The notes below the pieces were generated by a model that worked only from the letters and a program-made list of their open reading frames with translations, made no database searches and was not told where the DNA came from. A stretch of DNA of 64,000 nt. Origin: the human T2T-CHM13v2.0 reference genome, Homo sapiens. Shown here piece after piece: positions 1-14,670 of this stretch. The stretch is taken from NCBI RefSeq assembly GCF_009914755.1, contig NC_060925.1. The stretch is one strand, 5' to 3'. Position 1 is the first letter of the stretch. Each line of letters begins with the position of its first letter. Position numbers and translations under genes: made by a program.

Positions 1-296
1 CCAAGATCCTTGGGTCTATCGGCCCTCCAGCCCACAAGGAGCTGTGCCCCTTTCCTTTGGGAAATGGGAGTAAGAGTAACTAATGCTTAATCAGCTACCA
101 TCAATATGCAATTTGGAAAAAAAAATGTCAACCTTTAAAACGTCTTCCATGCAGCAGGTTTAAATACCCCCAAACTAGAAGATCATTCTAGTTACTTCCA
201 ATTCTGAATACCCTTTGCTTTTAAGAGAGACCTAAATTCTTGGTCAAAGGAGCACCTTGGCCCTTTAGTGTGGACTGGGGAAGCCGCCATTATTAC

Positions 297-635
297 CATA
301 AAGCCTCAACTGCAGGCAAAAGCGCTGAACTGAAACATTTTTCTCCAGGGTCATAAGGTACCATCCCTCATCCTCCTTCCTGCTTTCCCGTATCCCCAGG
401 GTGAGATTCTCCAGATAAAACTTGTAGCGATCTCCTAGATAACGTGGAGGGCCTGCTTCGGATGGATCAAGAGACACTATTTTGTTCTCGACACTGTTCT
501 CCAGTGATTTTGCCATTGTGACGACAATGTGGATGCTTTTGTTCATGCTCTTATTTATCCTTTCATATGTCAGGGGCAGCAGCACTTTGCTTCCCAACTG
601 CCGGAGAATCTTTGGGCAGTTCATCATGCGCCCAC
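297..635 (-). CDS. SLAMF1: SLAMF1 (CD150) exon 2, IgV domain (339 bp, phase 1/1)
   Basis: Translates [21 protein letters not shown]...[10 protein letters not shown]; acceptor tcctccctcccacag|G at 636/635, donor G|gtaata at 297/296. Confidence 0.98.
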
Positions 636-1379
636 CTGTGGGAGGGAGGAGAAGAGAGTCCCTTATTATTAAGGCCTTTAGACAACATCGTGTCAGCAGA
701 TCAGGAAGGACAGACTGGAGGCTCTCCCTCTTCCTCTTTGGCTATCCCTGGGGTTGCCAAGTCCTTCGTGGTCTATAAGAACTGCCTTGAGGATCCCCAC
801 TATATTCTCAATACTTCAAAACTGTCAATAGAAATCTTCAAATTACTTAGGATAGAGTTGTATAGATTAACTAGAGTACTGGGTCTTTATCAACTCAGAT
901 TTATTGTTCAGGCATCTAAAAAGCACAGAGAAGTTAAATGGCTTCCCTAACTAGTAAGTGGCAGAGTCAGGATTAGAATTCAGTTCTGCTAATTCCTCTA
1001 CCAGGGTTTTTTCCACCATTGAATATACAGGATGAAGGACGGAGAGCAAATAAAAGTGATTCTGAGCTCATGAGCCCAGGAAGCATTTCAGATCATGAGG
1101 AAAACAGAAAAATCTGAGGAATGTGGAGTCAGGAAGTGATAAGCCCAGTGTTCAAACTGTGGAATCCTCTCTCTCCAAACACCCTGAGATAGTTAATAAT
1201 GTCGACAGTGAGATATTACTGTATTTCTCTTTTCCAAAAAAGCTGAGCCAACAACAAGGTTAAAAAAAAAATACCAAGAGCCTTTCAAACCACTATGAGG
1301 GTTCCTGCTGCTGATTATTTCACACCTCCTCTCTCCTCAAACCCACAACCTGCCTTTCCCCCTCCTCTCTCATGTGACG

Positions 1380-3377
<1,998 letters not shown>

Positions 3378-3432
3378 CTGAAAACCATAATACCTGACCA
3401 AAGCCTCTTATTTAGGTTATTAGGTTTGTCAC

Positions 3433-3469
<37 letters not shown>

Positions 3470-3528
3470 TACATATATATATATACACACACACATACAT
3501 ATATATATACATACACATATATATATAT
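3433..3528. repeat. (TA)n/(CA)n compound microsatellite
   Basis: Seen directly. Confidence 0.95.
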
Positions 3529-6500
3529 CTGAACTTAACCATAAGCTAGTGTTCATAAAAGAAGGAGCCCATGACTCAAAGAGAGCATAGATTGTTCTAG
3601 CTGATAAGAAAGTCAGAGAGTAAAATAGAACCATCAGCTTAAGTAATGCAGCTACCTAGAAGAGACTCTTTCACAACTGACTTGTGGCTAAGATGAGCTA
3701 TTGGAAAATTGGACACACTGGCCCAAATATTCTTGTCACCAAAATACCCCGAAATCCCCATGTTGCTCAGTAAAGGGCTCAGCTAATAGTAGACTAGAGA
3801 TTCAGTGATTGGGGAAGAAGAAAAAGAAGTCTATCTGGGCTAAAATCTGGCCTAGAGTGATTGAAATTCTTAATTGTTGAGGAAAAGTGAGAAAGGCAAT
3901 TAGGCATTTGTCTTTTAAAATATTGCGAATATATTAAGCTTAAAACAGAGTGCTCTCCCCTGCTGCTTGATGACATGAGGAACATTATAGTTATTGTGGT
4001 GGTGGTGGTTGTTTTTACATTAATATACTGGGAAGCATGTTGGATTTTCTTCCACCACACTTATGGATGCCTGACTGTCTAGATAATGTGACCCCTTTGG
4101 TGGCTACATACCTGACTTGTAGGCACAGTACCTAAAAGAGTAACTTCTTGAATCCTGAACCTAAACTTCTGTGTATAAAGAAATGAGAAAAAATTTAAAG
4201 CCATATGTGCAAGTATGAACTTCCAGACTTTTGTATAAAAAGTTGTATAGATGAGCGTATACATATTTTTCTGGGAGCACATCCATAAATGCCATCTCTT
4301 AAAGGGATCTGAGATTCAAAACAAGATTAAAAATTGCTAGCGTAGTGTTGATTTTTAAAGACCAACTTTGATAGGGAGAAAAAAAGAATAAAAAATCCCA
4401 TTTTCAGGCCATAACCCATCGCCACCACTCCCCAAAATGGCTCCCATGCACTCCTTCCCCACCTAACCTTGCACACTCTTTGCGCCATGGTTGCTTTCAG
4501 AACTTGGAGTTGATTGGGGGAGGAGAAAGAGGGATATAAGAGAGGTAGGGAATAACCAAAAAAATAAAAAAATAAAAAAATAAAATAAACGAAAGAACAT
4601 AGAAGGAGAAAGAGGAAGAGGAAAAGGGAGGGGTAGATGAGAGAGGCTGAGTGGTTTTATGCACACTCAGTCATGAGGAGTGGAACCAAAACTTCATCAG
4701 GAAGAGACCCTTATACCCCACAACCCACATAAAGAATGATGACGCAATACCTGAGTGTGTGAGTGTTGGGGTCTGGAGGGGGTACTTGAGATCACCCTCA
4801 CATAAGCACAAGGTGGAAAAATAAGTGGGGGCTTTAAAGTGGTTCATAAAACCCCTCGAGTGGCGTCCCTGCTCCTGAAACATCCTGCTAGATGAGTGTT
4901 TTCCAGTGTGTCTGTGATTCAGCCAGCCCTTATTTACTAAAAGAGTCTGGGAGGAAACATTTGTAGCTGTTAACACCAACTCACTTTCCTTCATGGGTAA
5001 TTCTACTTCGAAAAATGAGTGATTCACATGGGCCTATGGAGTTTGGTCAAAAATTATTAATAGTAGGATTTAGCCAACCCTCTCACAAGATGGGCTTCTA
5101 CCTAATGATAACTCTTTTTGTTTTATTGTATTATATTTTTTTGCCTAGCCCTGACACTTTCATATGTGCTTTTAGCATCTTGCTACAGTATTCTTTCAGG
5201 TACAGAAGGAACAGAACTTACAGACCCCACAGTTCTTTTGGTAAATTTAGGCTCAGAAAGAAAGGACATCTTGTCTGTGTTTGCTTTTTAAACTGTATCC
5301 CCATCAGTCAAAGTCCTATTTTTATTATTTGGCACTGCTGGGTCTTTCTATCTTAGACTATTAGTATGTACGTTCCCTAGCCTTAGAGGCTATAACCACT
5401 CTTTATTTGCCTAGCTAACAACTTCCATCTTTCTGGTCTCCATTTTGACATCTCTTTCATAGGGAAGACTTTCCTGACTCCTGACTTAGGTTGGGTTTTC
5501 CTGTCACAGACTTCCAATGGACAATGAACGCACTCCTTCATATCATTCATCACGTGTTCAACTCTGGTTCAATGCCTGTAATCCCCCACTCTTATAAGCT
5601 TCCAAGAGTAGGGACTGTGTCTGTTTTATTCACTACAGTATCCCTAACACCCACCTGGGACATAGTAGGAGCTCAGTAAATCCTTGTTGCCCAAGTGAAT
5701 TAATAAAACAGAATGGGATGAATGAAAAATGAGCAAATGACAACACAGAGTCCAAGTTCTCCTCCCTCCAAAAGCAGAATGTACTCTGATTTGCCTTTAT
5801 AGTATCCCTAAGAGGTATATTATGGAAGAAAGTGGTGGGGACCCTTTTCCCCACTTGCCAGCTGAGGACATGGAAGTGCCTTAAATATAAACCCTAGGTT
5901 TCAGGTACAACAGACAACTTGCCAAGAACACTTGAAACCCTTTACCTCTGCATTTGTGCCTCCTTCTAGAACGCTCCTTCTCAAGTTCCATAAAAATCAA
6001 GCCCATCGGACCCATTTATTTGGGGCTAAGTTTTTAATATTCATTTTTATTAACTTTATCCCAAATGTGCACATGAGATATACTGGATTAGAGTTAAATT
6101 TCTTATTAAATGACTCACAGTAAATAGTAAATGCTTTGGCCCCCCCTTCCCCCTAGGATGATGTGATAAGAGCAAGGTCAATTGCTCTATGTGAGTAAAC
6201 AGACACTCCATAGGTAAGAAACAAGGACAAATTATTTTCCCTACCTATAAAAGAGGGAGGAGGCAGCTATCCCCCCTCCCCGTCTTAAAGGTCTGCTCCT
6301 TATTCCAACACTTTGGTAGGTAGATAAATCTCTCCAGGAGCCAGATAGTCCGTTACATGTCTTGGCTTTTATGGCAAGTCCTGGGACTTGACTCTAAGTT
6401 CTGGGGCTCATTCCTTCTTGCATGTTGCATAATGATGGCACAAGCTTATGCTGGCCTGCTTAGGAAGATAGTGACTCCAGGCTTCATGGCACCCTGGGCG

Positions 6501-6719
6501 CTCTACCTAGGGACCTTGTTCAGGCTATAACCATTTGCTCCTCTCGGGAAAAATTTTATTATTCGTTTGGATCAGAGCAATTACCTATGCAAATAACTAC
6601 AGATTTAATTCTTATGGTATGAAAAAATGTCAGAGCTAGTACTCTTCACCAGGACACTGAAAAGTCGAGAGAAGTTTTATTTCCCCACCCTCTTTATCTC
6701 TGATTTCTTCTCTGCCATG

Positions 6720-6945
6720 TTAAAAAATTGATACATAATAGATGTATATATTTTCAGGGCACATGTGCTGTCTGATACACTCACATGTTGTGTAAAGATC
6801 AAATCGGGTTAATTGGGATATGTATCACCTTGAGTATTTCTCTTTTCTTTATGCTAAGAACATTTGAATTATTCTCTTCCAGTTATTTTGATATGTACAA
6901 TAGATTATTGTTAACTATAGTCACCGTACTGATCTATCAAACACG
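6720..6945 (-). mobile_element. L1MA-type 3' end fragment
   Basis: Resembles L1M 3' UTR (aattgatacataatagatgta...ttgttaactatagtcacc). Confidence 0.6.
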
Positions 6946-8029
6946 AAGACCTATACATTTGGAAAGACACACAAGAAACTGGTCACAGTGGTTGCCTCCA
7001 GCATGAGGTATGGAAGGGAAATTAGTCTTCACTAAATACTCTTGTGTACTGTTGAAGTTTCATAGACATGACATGTTTTATAGATGTGATAATCAATAAA
7101 CAAACTAGTTAACAAAAAAAAATTAAATGAACATTTGCATGATGAAAAAAAGTTTTCATTTTCCAAATTCCAGGTCAAATACTTCTTATATGCCCTCTAC
7201 GTTCTTCTGTGATTTTTATCAGTCTCTCACCTTTTGGACATTTCTATACTTCAATTTATTCCAATTCAATTCAACTCATATTTTTCAATTATAGATAGCA
7301 CATTCTAATTTTTACCATGGGACCTGGATACAAATTTTGGCATTCTCTCCACCCCTGCTTCCCAAACATAGGCTTGTCCAGTTTTACTCATTGAGGCCTC
7401 TGGAGTCAGGCAGCTATGTGAGCGCAGAGAAATTGCTAAACTACTCTGTGCCCCTTTCCTCATTTATAAAGTTGTAATGGTACCAATAATACATACATTT
7501 CTTATAGGGTTGGTGTGAAAATGAAATGACTGACACACATAAAGCATTTAGAACAGTGCCTGGTATATGGCAAGTATGCAGTATATACCAGTATTATTCA
7601 CTCAACAAATATTTGTGGACAGGCTCTCAGTACAGACACAGTGTCAGGTGCTGGGCAGTGGCTGTTGTTCATTTTGTTTTCCCCACACCTTGCACCCTTG
7701 CACAGTGGCTGCCACATCATGTGTCCTTAATAGTTGCTGAATGGGATCATTCAAAGTCAAATCTATGGATTAAACCAATTAGCCCTGATACTCTGATTTC
7801 CAGTCCAGTGAGGGAGACAGTGAAAGTGACAGCATCACATCACAGTATTAATATTTTTGAGAAATAGAAGTGCCTAGATTGACATCTTGGGATAGAATGG
7901 GCCACTGAACACGCAAGGTTAGGCCAAGTCTAGAACCCACGCACTTGTCCCTCACCTTCCCCCAAAGTGTGTGAAGGGGGTGCAGAGGAACTGCATGGAG
8001 GAATAAAAAAAACTCATTGACATAAGGTC

Positions 8030-8180
8030 ATCAATTATAACAAATGTACCATCCTGGTGGAGGATATTGATAATAGGGGAGGCTATGTATGTATGGGGCA
8101 GAGGGCATATGGGAAATCTCTGTTCTTTCTGCCCAACTTTGCTGTGAACCTAAAACTGCTCTAAAAAATAAAGTCTATTA
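8030..8180 (+). mobile_element. Old L1M 3' end fragment
   Basis: aacaaatgtacc...gaacctaaaactgctctaaaaaataaagtc, typical L1M terminus. Confidence 0.6.
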
Positions 8181-9509
8181 AAACAAATCTCATCGGGGGA
8201 AATGAAAAATTCACTTTACTTGGGGAAGGGACATGTGGACTTTTTGATTTTTACAATTCTGACTGGGAATTAGAAGTTGAGCTGAGTAGAAATGAGAATG
8301 GGAGTGGATGCCAGTTTTACAAGAATCAAGCTTCTTGCTTGGGCAAATCTGTCATGACTAACCTGCCCCATTTGCAAAGCATTTCTGTCTGGGTTTTATT
8401 GGGGCTTCACAAAAGGGTGTGTATTTAAAAATAAAAACACTGAAAAACTTTTGTGAAGATTCAAAGAAGAAAACATGCAATGAAGTGAGCAGCCTCCGAT
8501 TGGATAGACTTGCCTTGTGGGGCTGGGTTGCTTCTCCCTGACCGGCGACTTCCAAAGCCTCAATAAGACGAGCTATTGGTCAGCAGTGCCTAAGATGCTA
8601 TGGGCCAGGCTGGCCAAGAGGCTAGCAAGCACAGAGATGGAAAAGTCCAGTTCACAGTTCAGCACCATCACTCCATCACACCTTACAGTCACCAAGAGGT
8701 GCTCCAGAAATGGTGCAGTCACAAATTGGTTGCAACAACGGAGGCTTGGCTTTCCCTGTGACCACTTAAAGTGGCTCGATTTGGTTTTCTGAGCCCCGAG
8801 CTCAGTTCTTCCTCCCCTAGACCTTGGGAAGTACGAGCCATGGATCTGCAGATTCCAAAAGAAAGTGGGCTGAGCAAGCCCTGTTCGTCTGGCTGTCTGG
8901 TAAAAGACACATCCATTGTGCAGCACCCCCACATCCCTGGCATATCACGGTGCTTTTCCTGGAAAAGTCCATATTGGATTTGCGGTCTTGAAAACCCCAA
9001 GCTTAAAACACCCTGGGCCTCAGGATTTCCCCCCGTGTCCGTAATGCCACCTCTTCTACTCCAGGCTACCTCCCACAGTCTAAACAAATAAGCAGAAGGA
9101 GATTCTCACCCCACTCACACAGGCAGTCCAAAGTCCACTTCTTGCTTGGCTTTTTCTTTCTCAAATACCTTTTCTCATAGCCCTGATACTTCTAAACAGA
9201 AAGCAATAGCCTGCCTTGGGAAGAAGATAGACAGAAAGACAGGAACAGAGTCCAGATCCAAAGGTAGCTCTTGTCTGGCCTTCCTGCTGGAGCTACTCTC
9301 TGAGGGTTCCCAATTTGCATTTCCCACATACTGTAACCAGCCCTAGCCTTCAGAAATCCCAACTTCTTCCCTCTTGCTTTCTTGGACCTTCTCTTCCAAG
9401 AAAATACACACCAGTATGACCGCACTGTGGCCACTGCTGGTTCTCAGCCAAAAGCCTGGAGTTTTCACTTCTACTCTCTCTTCCCACTCTAGCCAATGCT
9501 TTCTGTTGA

Positions 9510-9612
9510 CCCATGCTCCTGGTTTGTCAGCCTGCATGTGCACAGATTCCCTCCCAGGGCAGGGATGTAGGGCAAATCTTCTCCCAGAGCTCAGTCCATC
9601 CAGCTCAGTCTC
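9510..9612 (+). repeat. ~100-bp dispersed direct repeat, copy 1 (SLAMF1 intron 1)
   Basis: cccatgctcctggtttgtc...ccagctcagtctc aligns with 10692-10792. Confidence 0.9.
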
Positions 9613-9965
9613 TCTAGGCTGGGTCTTTGCCAGAAGATGCCCATGTAAAACCAACCACTCAAGCAAGACTTCTACCAGGGCCTGTCACCCTAAGACTGGT
9701 CAGAAAAGTGACTGGAGCCTTTGGCTTAGAGCCCCTCATTTCCTTGGAAACTGGGGTTGGTGGGGCTGAGTCTTGGAAACCCAAGGGCCCAGGAACTTAT
9801 AATGTTCCTTCCTCTTTGAAAGAGGCAGTTGAAACTGACAGCCAGTCCCTAAGGAAGAGTGACCAAACACAATACCCAGCCCTGCACCTTCTCTCCATCC
9901 ACGAAGATACGCTGATTCCTGGCAGCTAACATGGGACTCAAACCATCAGGCAGATGAACACTCAC

Positions 9966-10041
9966 CTGTTCCGTAGCTTGCCCCAAAAGCCAGGGAGAGA
10001 AACAGCACGAAGGTCAAGGAGAGGAGCCCCTTGGGATCCAT
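9966..10041 (-). CDS. SLAMF1: SLAMF1 exon 1 coding part (signal peptide, 76 bp)
   Basis: ATG at 10041 gives [26 protein letters not shown]; donor G|gtgagt at 9966/9965; joins exon 2 in frame. Confidence 0.98.
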
Positions 10042-10124
10042 CAGCCAATGAGGAGAAGGAAGGGATCCTGGCCGGAGCCTGGCAGCTGCTCACAGATGCC
10101 AGGCAGAAGCAAGCTTCGTGTCAT
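10041..10124 (-). other. 27-codon uORF in SLAMF1 5' UTR ([27 protein letters not shown])
   Basis: ATG at 10124; TGA at 10043-10041 overlaps the main ATG (TGATG); translation not shown. Confidence 0.75.
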
Positions 10125-10600
10125 GCAGCAGAGGCTGTCTGATTTATGTATCAGGAACCAGCAGGTTCCTGAACCCGCTTCCTGTATCACTGGGACTTTT
10201 TCTGCTTGTGTCTTGAGGATTGCTCATCTCCCATGAGGCTTTAAATCACTTTTTTGTTCTCAAGAAGCAGGCTTCTCAAGAAGCCAGGCACTTAGCCTAT
10301 GGGAGCCAGGAAAGGGGGTGTGTAGTCACCTCGGCCAAAACCCGGCTTTGGGCAGAAACATGCGCCCCAGCTTCTTTCCTTAGCTGTCTCCAGGAACCGG
10401 ATGTTGCAGATTCTCTGAGCAGTTCTCTCCGGTAAGTCTTCTTGGATTGCAAAGAAAAGATGTTTCATTGGATCACTCCTCAAATTTGGCAGTTCACAGC
10501 TGAACTTAGATAACTGCATTTTGATGAGCTAATAGACCTCTTACTTCTGTTTTATTTCATAATTTCAGATGACACCTCAACATGCAGTCTGGTGCAGGTG
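10042..10600 (-). promoter_or_regulatory. SLAMF1: SLAMF1 5' UTR and proximal promoter (no clear TATA; ETS-like GGAA/CCGGAT motifs)
   Basis: Unique sequence upstream of the start codon; TSS not determinable from sequence. Confidence 0.7.
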
Positions 10601-10691
10601 CCACTGTCACACAGAGATGGGAAGGGCATGTGCGGGTCACTTGGAAGAAACCCTGTGACCCCGATGAGTGCAATGTGGTATAATTTAGTAG

Positions 10692-10792
10692 CCCATGCTC
10701 CTAGTTTGTCTTCTTGCATGTGTGTGGATTCCCTCCCAGGCAGGGATGTAGGACAAATCTATCCCAGAGCTCCATCCTTCCAGCTCAGTCTC
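10692..10792 (+). repeat. ~100-bp dispersed direct repeat, copy 2 (upstream of SLAMF1)
   Basis: Aligns with 9510-9612. Confidence 0.9.
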
Positions 10793-10809
10793 CTTGTTGT
10801 GTGTGTGTT

Positions 10810-10853
10810 TTCTCCTCTAATTTTTAACGTCTGTGGGTACATAGTAGATATAC

Positions 10854-10907
<54 letters not shown>

Positions 10908-11730
10908 ATATATATATGTATGGGGTATGCATATATTTGTATGGGGTATATGAGATATGTTGATAGAGGCATGCAATATGTAATAATCACACAGGGTAAA
11001 TGGGATATCCATCACCTCAAATATTTATCCTTTGTGTTACAAACAGTGCAATTATATTTTTATTTTTAAATGTGCAATTAAATTATTATTGACTATAGTC
11101 ACACTGTTGTATTATCAAATACTAGTTCTTATTCATTCTTTCTATTTTTTTGTACCCATTAACCATCCCCACTTCTTCCCCAACCCCCACTACCCTTCAG
11201 CCTCTGGTAACCATCCTTCTACTCTCTATGCCCACAAGTTCAATTGTTTTAATTTTTACCTCTCACAAGCAAGTGAGAACGTGCAAAGTTTGTCTGTCTG
11301 TGCCTGGCTTATTTCACGTAACATAATGATCTTCAATTCCATCCATGTCATTGTGAATGACAGGATCTAATTCTTTTTTAGCTGAATAGTACTTCATTGT
11401 GTATATGTACCACATTTTCTTTATCCACTCATCGGTGATAGACGCTTAGGTCGCTTCCAACCTTGGCTATTGTGAATAGTGCTGTAATAAACATGGGAGT
11501 ACAGATATCTCTTCAATATACTGATTTCTTTTCTTTTAGGTGTATACCTACCAGTGAGATTGTGGATCATATGGTAGCTCTATTTTTAGTTTTTTGAGGA
11601 ACCTTCAAACCATTCTCCACAGTGGTTGTACTAACTTATATTCCCAACAACAGTGTACAAGGGTACTTTTTCTCCACATCCTTGTCAGCATTTGTTATTA
11701 CCTGTCTTTTGGATAAAAGCCATTTTAATT
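10810..11730 (-). mobile_element. L1MA-type 3' portion containing a (TG)n microsatellite (10858-10900)
   Basis: Reverse L1 3' UTR motifs (gtatatgtaccacattttctttatcc; ggctattgtgaatagtgctg). Confidence 0.85.
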
Positions 11731-12134
11731 TAATTGGGGCTGTGTTGTATTCTGGGAGTTGCCTTTATTTTGGAGTTTGTGTCTAACTTTTCATTGAGGA
11801 GAAGGAACTAGTATTGGCAGAAGGAGGATCCCGCCCTTTTTCATGAGTTAAACTATAAGAATGGGATACTGGAAGTGTAACCAATGCTCACAGGGAGACT
11901 TGAAAGAGTAGGGAAGTGTTTTTAGAGTCCATTGTAACAGGTCATAGGCACTCTCTGATGGGCCTCCCCATGGGGATCAGGTAATAAAAGCTGGTGAGAT
12001 ATGTGAACTTTATCCTCACTGTTTTCTTCCTTCCTTTCCCCAGCACTCAACTGTCCTCCTCACAACTATTCCCAGTGGTGTGTGCTCGAGTCAGCATGTA
12101 CCAACTCATAAAATTGTTAAATTTTCAGGAATCT

Positions 12135-12280
12135 GGATGGGCACAGTGGCACGCCTGTAACCCCACCATTTGTGGAGGCCTAGGTGGGAGAATTTTTGAG
12201 GCCAAGAGTTTGAAAATAGTCTGGGCGATAGAGTGAGACCTCATGTCTACAAACAATTTTTTTTAATAAAAATAAAAAAT
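12135..12280 (+). mobile_element. FLAM-type Alu monomer
   Basis: Left-monomer sequence plus A tail; 14-bp TSD ATTTTCAGGAATCT (12121-12134, 12283-12296). Confidence 0.85.
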
Positions 12281-12368
12281 AGATTTTCAGGAATCTTGTG
12301 AGGTGCTTGATGAACATGGCCATTATTAAACATATAAAATTAAATTAAATTATATAAACTTACAGTTA

Positions 12369-12949
12369 AGCTGGGCATGGTGGTACATGCCTGTAGTCCC
12401 AGGTACTTGAGAGGCTGAAGCATGAGGACCCCTTGAGCCCAAGAGTTTGAGGCTGTAGTATCTTTATAGCAGTGTGAAAACGGACTATCATGATCATGCC
12501 TGTTGGTGTGGTTTGCCGCTGTGTCCCCACCCAAATTTTATCTCGAATTGTAATCCCCATAATCCCCAAGTGTTGAGAAAGGGACAAGGTGGGAGGTGAT
12601 TGGATCATGGGGGCAGTTTCCCCTCCATGCCGGTCTTAAGACAGTGAGTGAGTTCTCACAAGATTGGATGGTTTTATAAGGCAGTATTTTCTGCTCTTGG
12701 CTGCTCTTCTCTCTCCTACTGTGATGTGAAGAAGGTCCTTGCTTCTCCTTTGCCTTCCACCATGATTGTAAGTTTCCTGGGGCCTCCTTAGCCATGTGGA
12801 ACTGCAAGTCGATTAAACCTTTTTCCTTTATAAATTACCCAGTCTTGGGTAGTATCTTTATAGCAGTGTGAGAGTGGACTAATACACCTGTAAATAGCCG
12901 CTGCACTCCAGCCTGGGCAACAGAGCAAAACCCTGCCTTTAAAAAAAAC
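12369..12949 (+). mobile_element. FAM fossil Alu monomer split by a THE1 LTR
   Basis: Halves rejoin to the FAM-like gcctgtaaatagccgctgcactccagcctggg. Confidence 0.75.
12504..12886 (+). mobile_element. THE1/MST-type MaLR solo LTR
   Basis: TG...gactaataCA termini; 5-bp TSD CCTGT (12499-12503, 12887-12891). Confidence 0.9.
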
Positions 12950-14224
12950 TTCACAACTAAATAAATTATATTAAATAGAGGGAATAAAATCTCAAAGCTC
13001 ATTGTTTCTTAATTATTTTATGACATTACTGATATCTATGTTCTTGAGGTAATTGACATCTCTTATGTGTCTACAGTGGAAATTAAATACTGGAACATTG
13101 GTGCTTCTGGACCTCTCTTCCCCACTCTGCATTCAATGGCATAGTGTTGGGAGCTTGAAACTGGCCATGGTGAGAGTTTATGCCATGGAAATCAGCAAGC
13201 AATATAAATCAGAACTTTACTGTTTTGTTGATTGTCTAAATGTAAGAAAGTAATAGAGAAAACATAATGATGCAGAGTAAACTTAAACATGTGCCATGAC
13301 TATGGCCCTTACATTAGGATTAGCATAAAAAATTGAGGAAACATTTTTCCAGTATTCAAAAACTATCATCTGATTCAGCAAAAAGTCACTAGTGTCACTG
13401 ATGAGCAAGTGATGTTCCAACATATGTTTTTGTTGTTTCACATTTCTTTAACTTCAGAAAAGACATTAACCAACATTCATGTTGGAACTACATTCCTTTG
13501 TCACTTGTAAACACAGTTTGGCTGTGGATATGAATTAAGCCAATATGAAAGCAAACAGCCTGTGAGATCTGTGGCTATATGGAATTTACAATAAAGAGGA
13601 TTGTACATTTTATTAAAATACAATAAATTTTATTTTATAAATTGCGTGTTACACATTCTTCGTATAAGCAAAATTTATAACAAGCTCATTTACATATATG
13701 CATATATTATTTTTCAGAGATCTGGCTCTTAACCATTTACCAACACACCACTGTTACAATAACTGAGAATCCAAATGGTGGAGTGAATGGCATACTGTCT
13801 ACGTATTCATAAAATATCAGTTGAAATAACTAAATGATGTGAGAATATTGGCATCCTGTAAAAATGGGAAACCAATGATCCAGGTCTGATTTCAAGACTG
13901 GTGTTCTCTCCTCAAGCTGCACGGCTCCTGGAATGCATGCTGTCTATTCATGTCAAACCTTCCTCTCTCAAAGACAGACACTTATTCTCTTGTTTACTTT
14001 GCCCTTCCTCTCATTTCCAGAATTAGACCTTCTCTAGACTCGCTATGAGGCCTCTCCACTCTGATCTCCTGGATCCCCTCTACACAGATAACTGAGCTAA
14101 TGCTAGGCACTATATGAAGAGTTTTCCTGTTTGGTGCAATCTAGAACTAAATAAAAACATACATTGAATGAGGGTCAGAAATGGTTTAGATGAAGGTTCT
14201 GAGGTTCTAGAGTGGATTCTATAT

Positions 14225-14670
14225 AGAGTCCTCTCTGCCCCCAAATTCTTCTTCACCTGGAACGTCAGAATGTGGACTTATTTGGAATCAGGATCTTTCA
14301 GATGTAATTAAGGTAAGAATTGAGATGAGATTATACTGGGTGAATCAGAGTGATCCCCAAATCCAATGAGAGTAGTGCATCTTTCTAAGAAATAGAAAAA
14401 GGACACACAGAGACACAAAGAAGATGGCCATGTGAAAAGACAAAGCAGAGACTAGAGCTATGCAGCCACAATTCAACGAACACCAGAGACCACCAGACGC
14501 TGGAAGAGGCAGAGAAAGATTCTCCCCTTGAGCTTTCAGAAGGAGCAGGTCCTGCCAATATGTTAATTTTAGACCTTGTGCCTACAGAACGGTGGGAGAA
14601 TGAATTTCTGTTGTTTTAAGTCATCAGGCTTGTGATAATTTTTTACAGCAGCCACAGGAAACTAATACAG
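14225..14670 (+). mobile_element. MLT1-type MaLR LTR
   Basis: ccccaaattc...gatgtaattaagg...ggaaactaataca pattern. Confidence 0.75.

Larger units (their letters stand above)
12073..13753 (+). mobile_element. hAT-type DNA transposon (MER63-like) with nested insertions
   Basis: Terminal inverted repeats CAGTGGTGTG (12073) and CACACCACTG (13744-13753); interior resembles MER63 from recall. Confidence 0.7.

Noticed and set aside
482-950. Plus-strand ORFs overlapping SLAMF1 exon 2
   Set aside because: Antisense shadow of the coding exon
8950-9330. kB-like sites and octamer ATTTGCAT (9313-9320) in SLAMF1 intron 1
   Set aside because: Plausible B-cell enhancer, but short imperfect motifs cannot be told from chance without ChIP data
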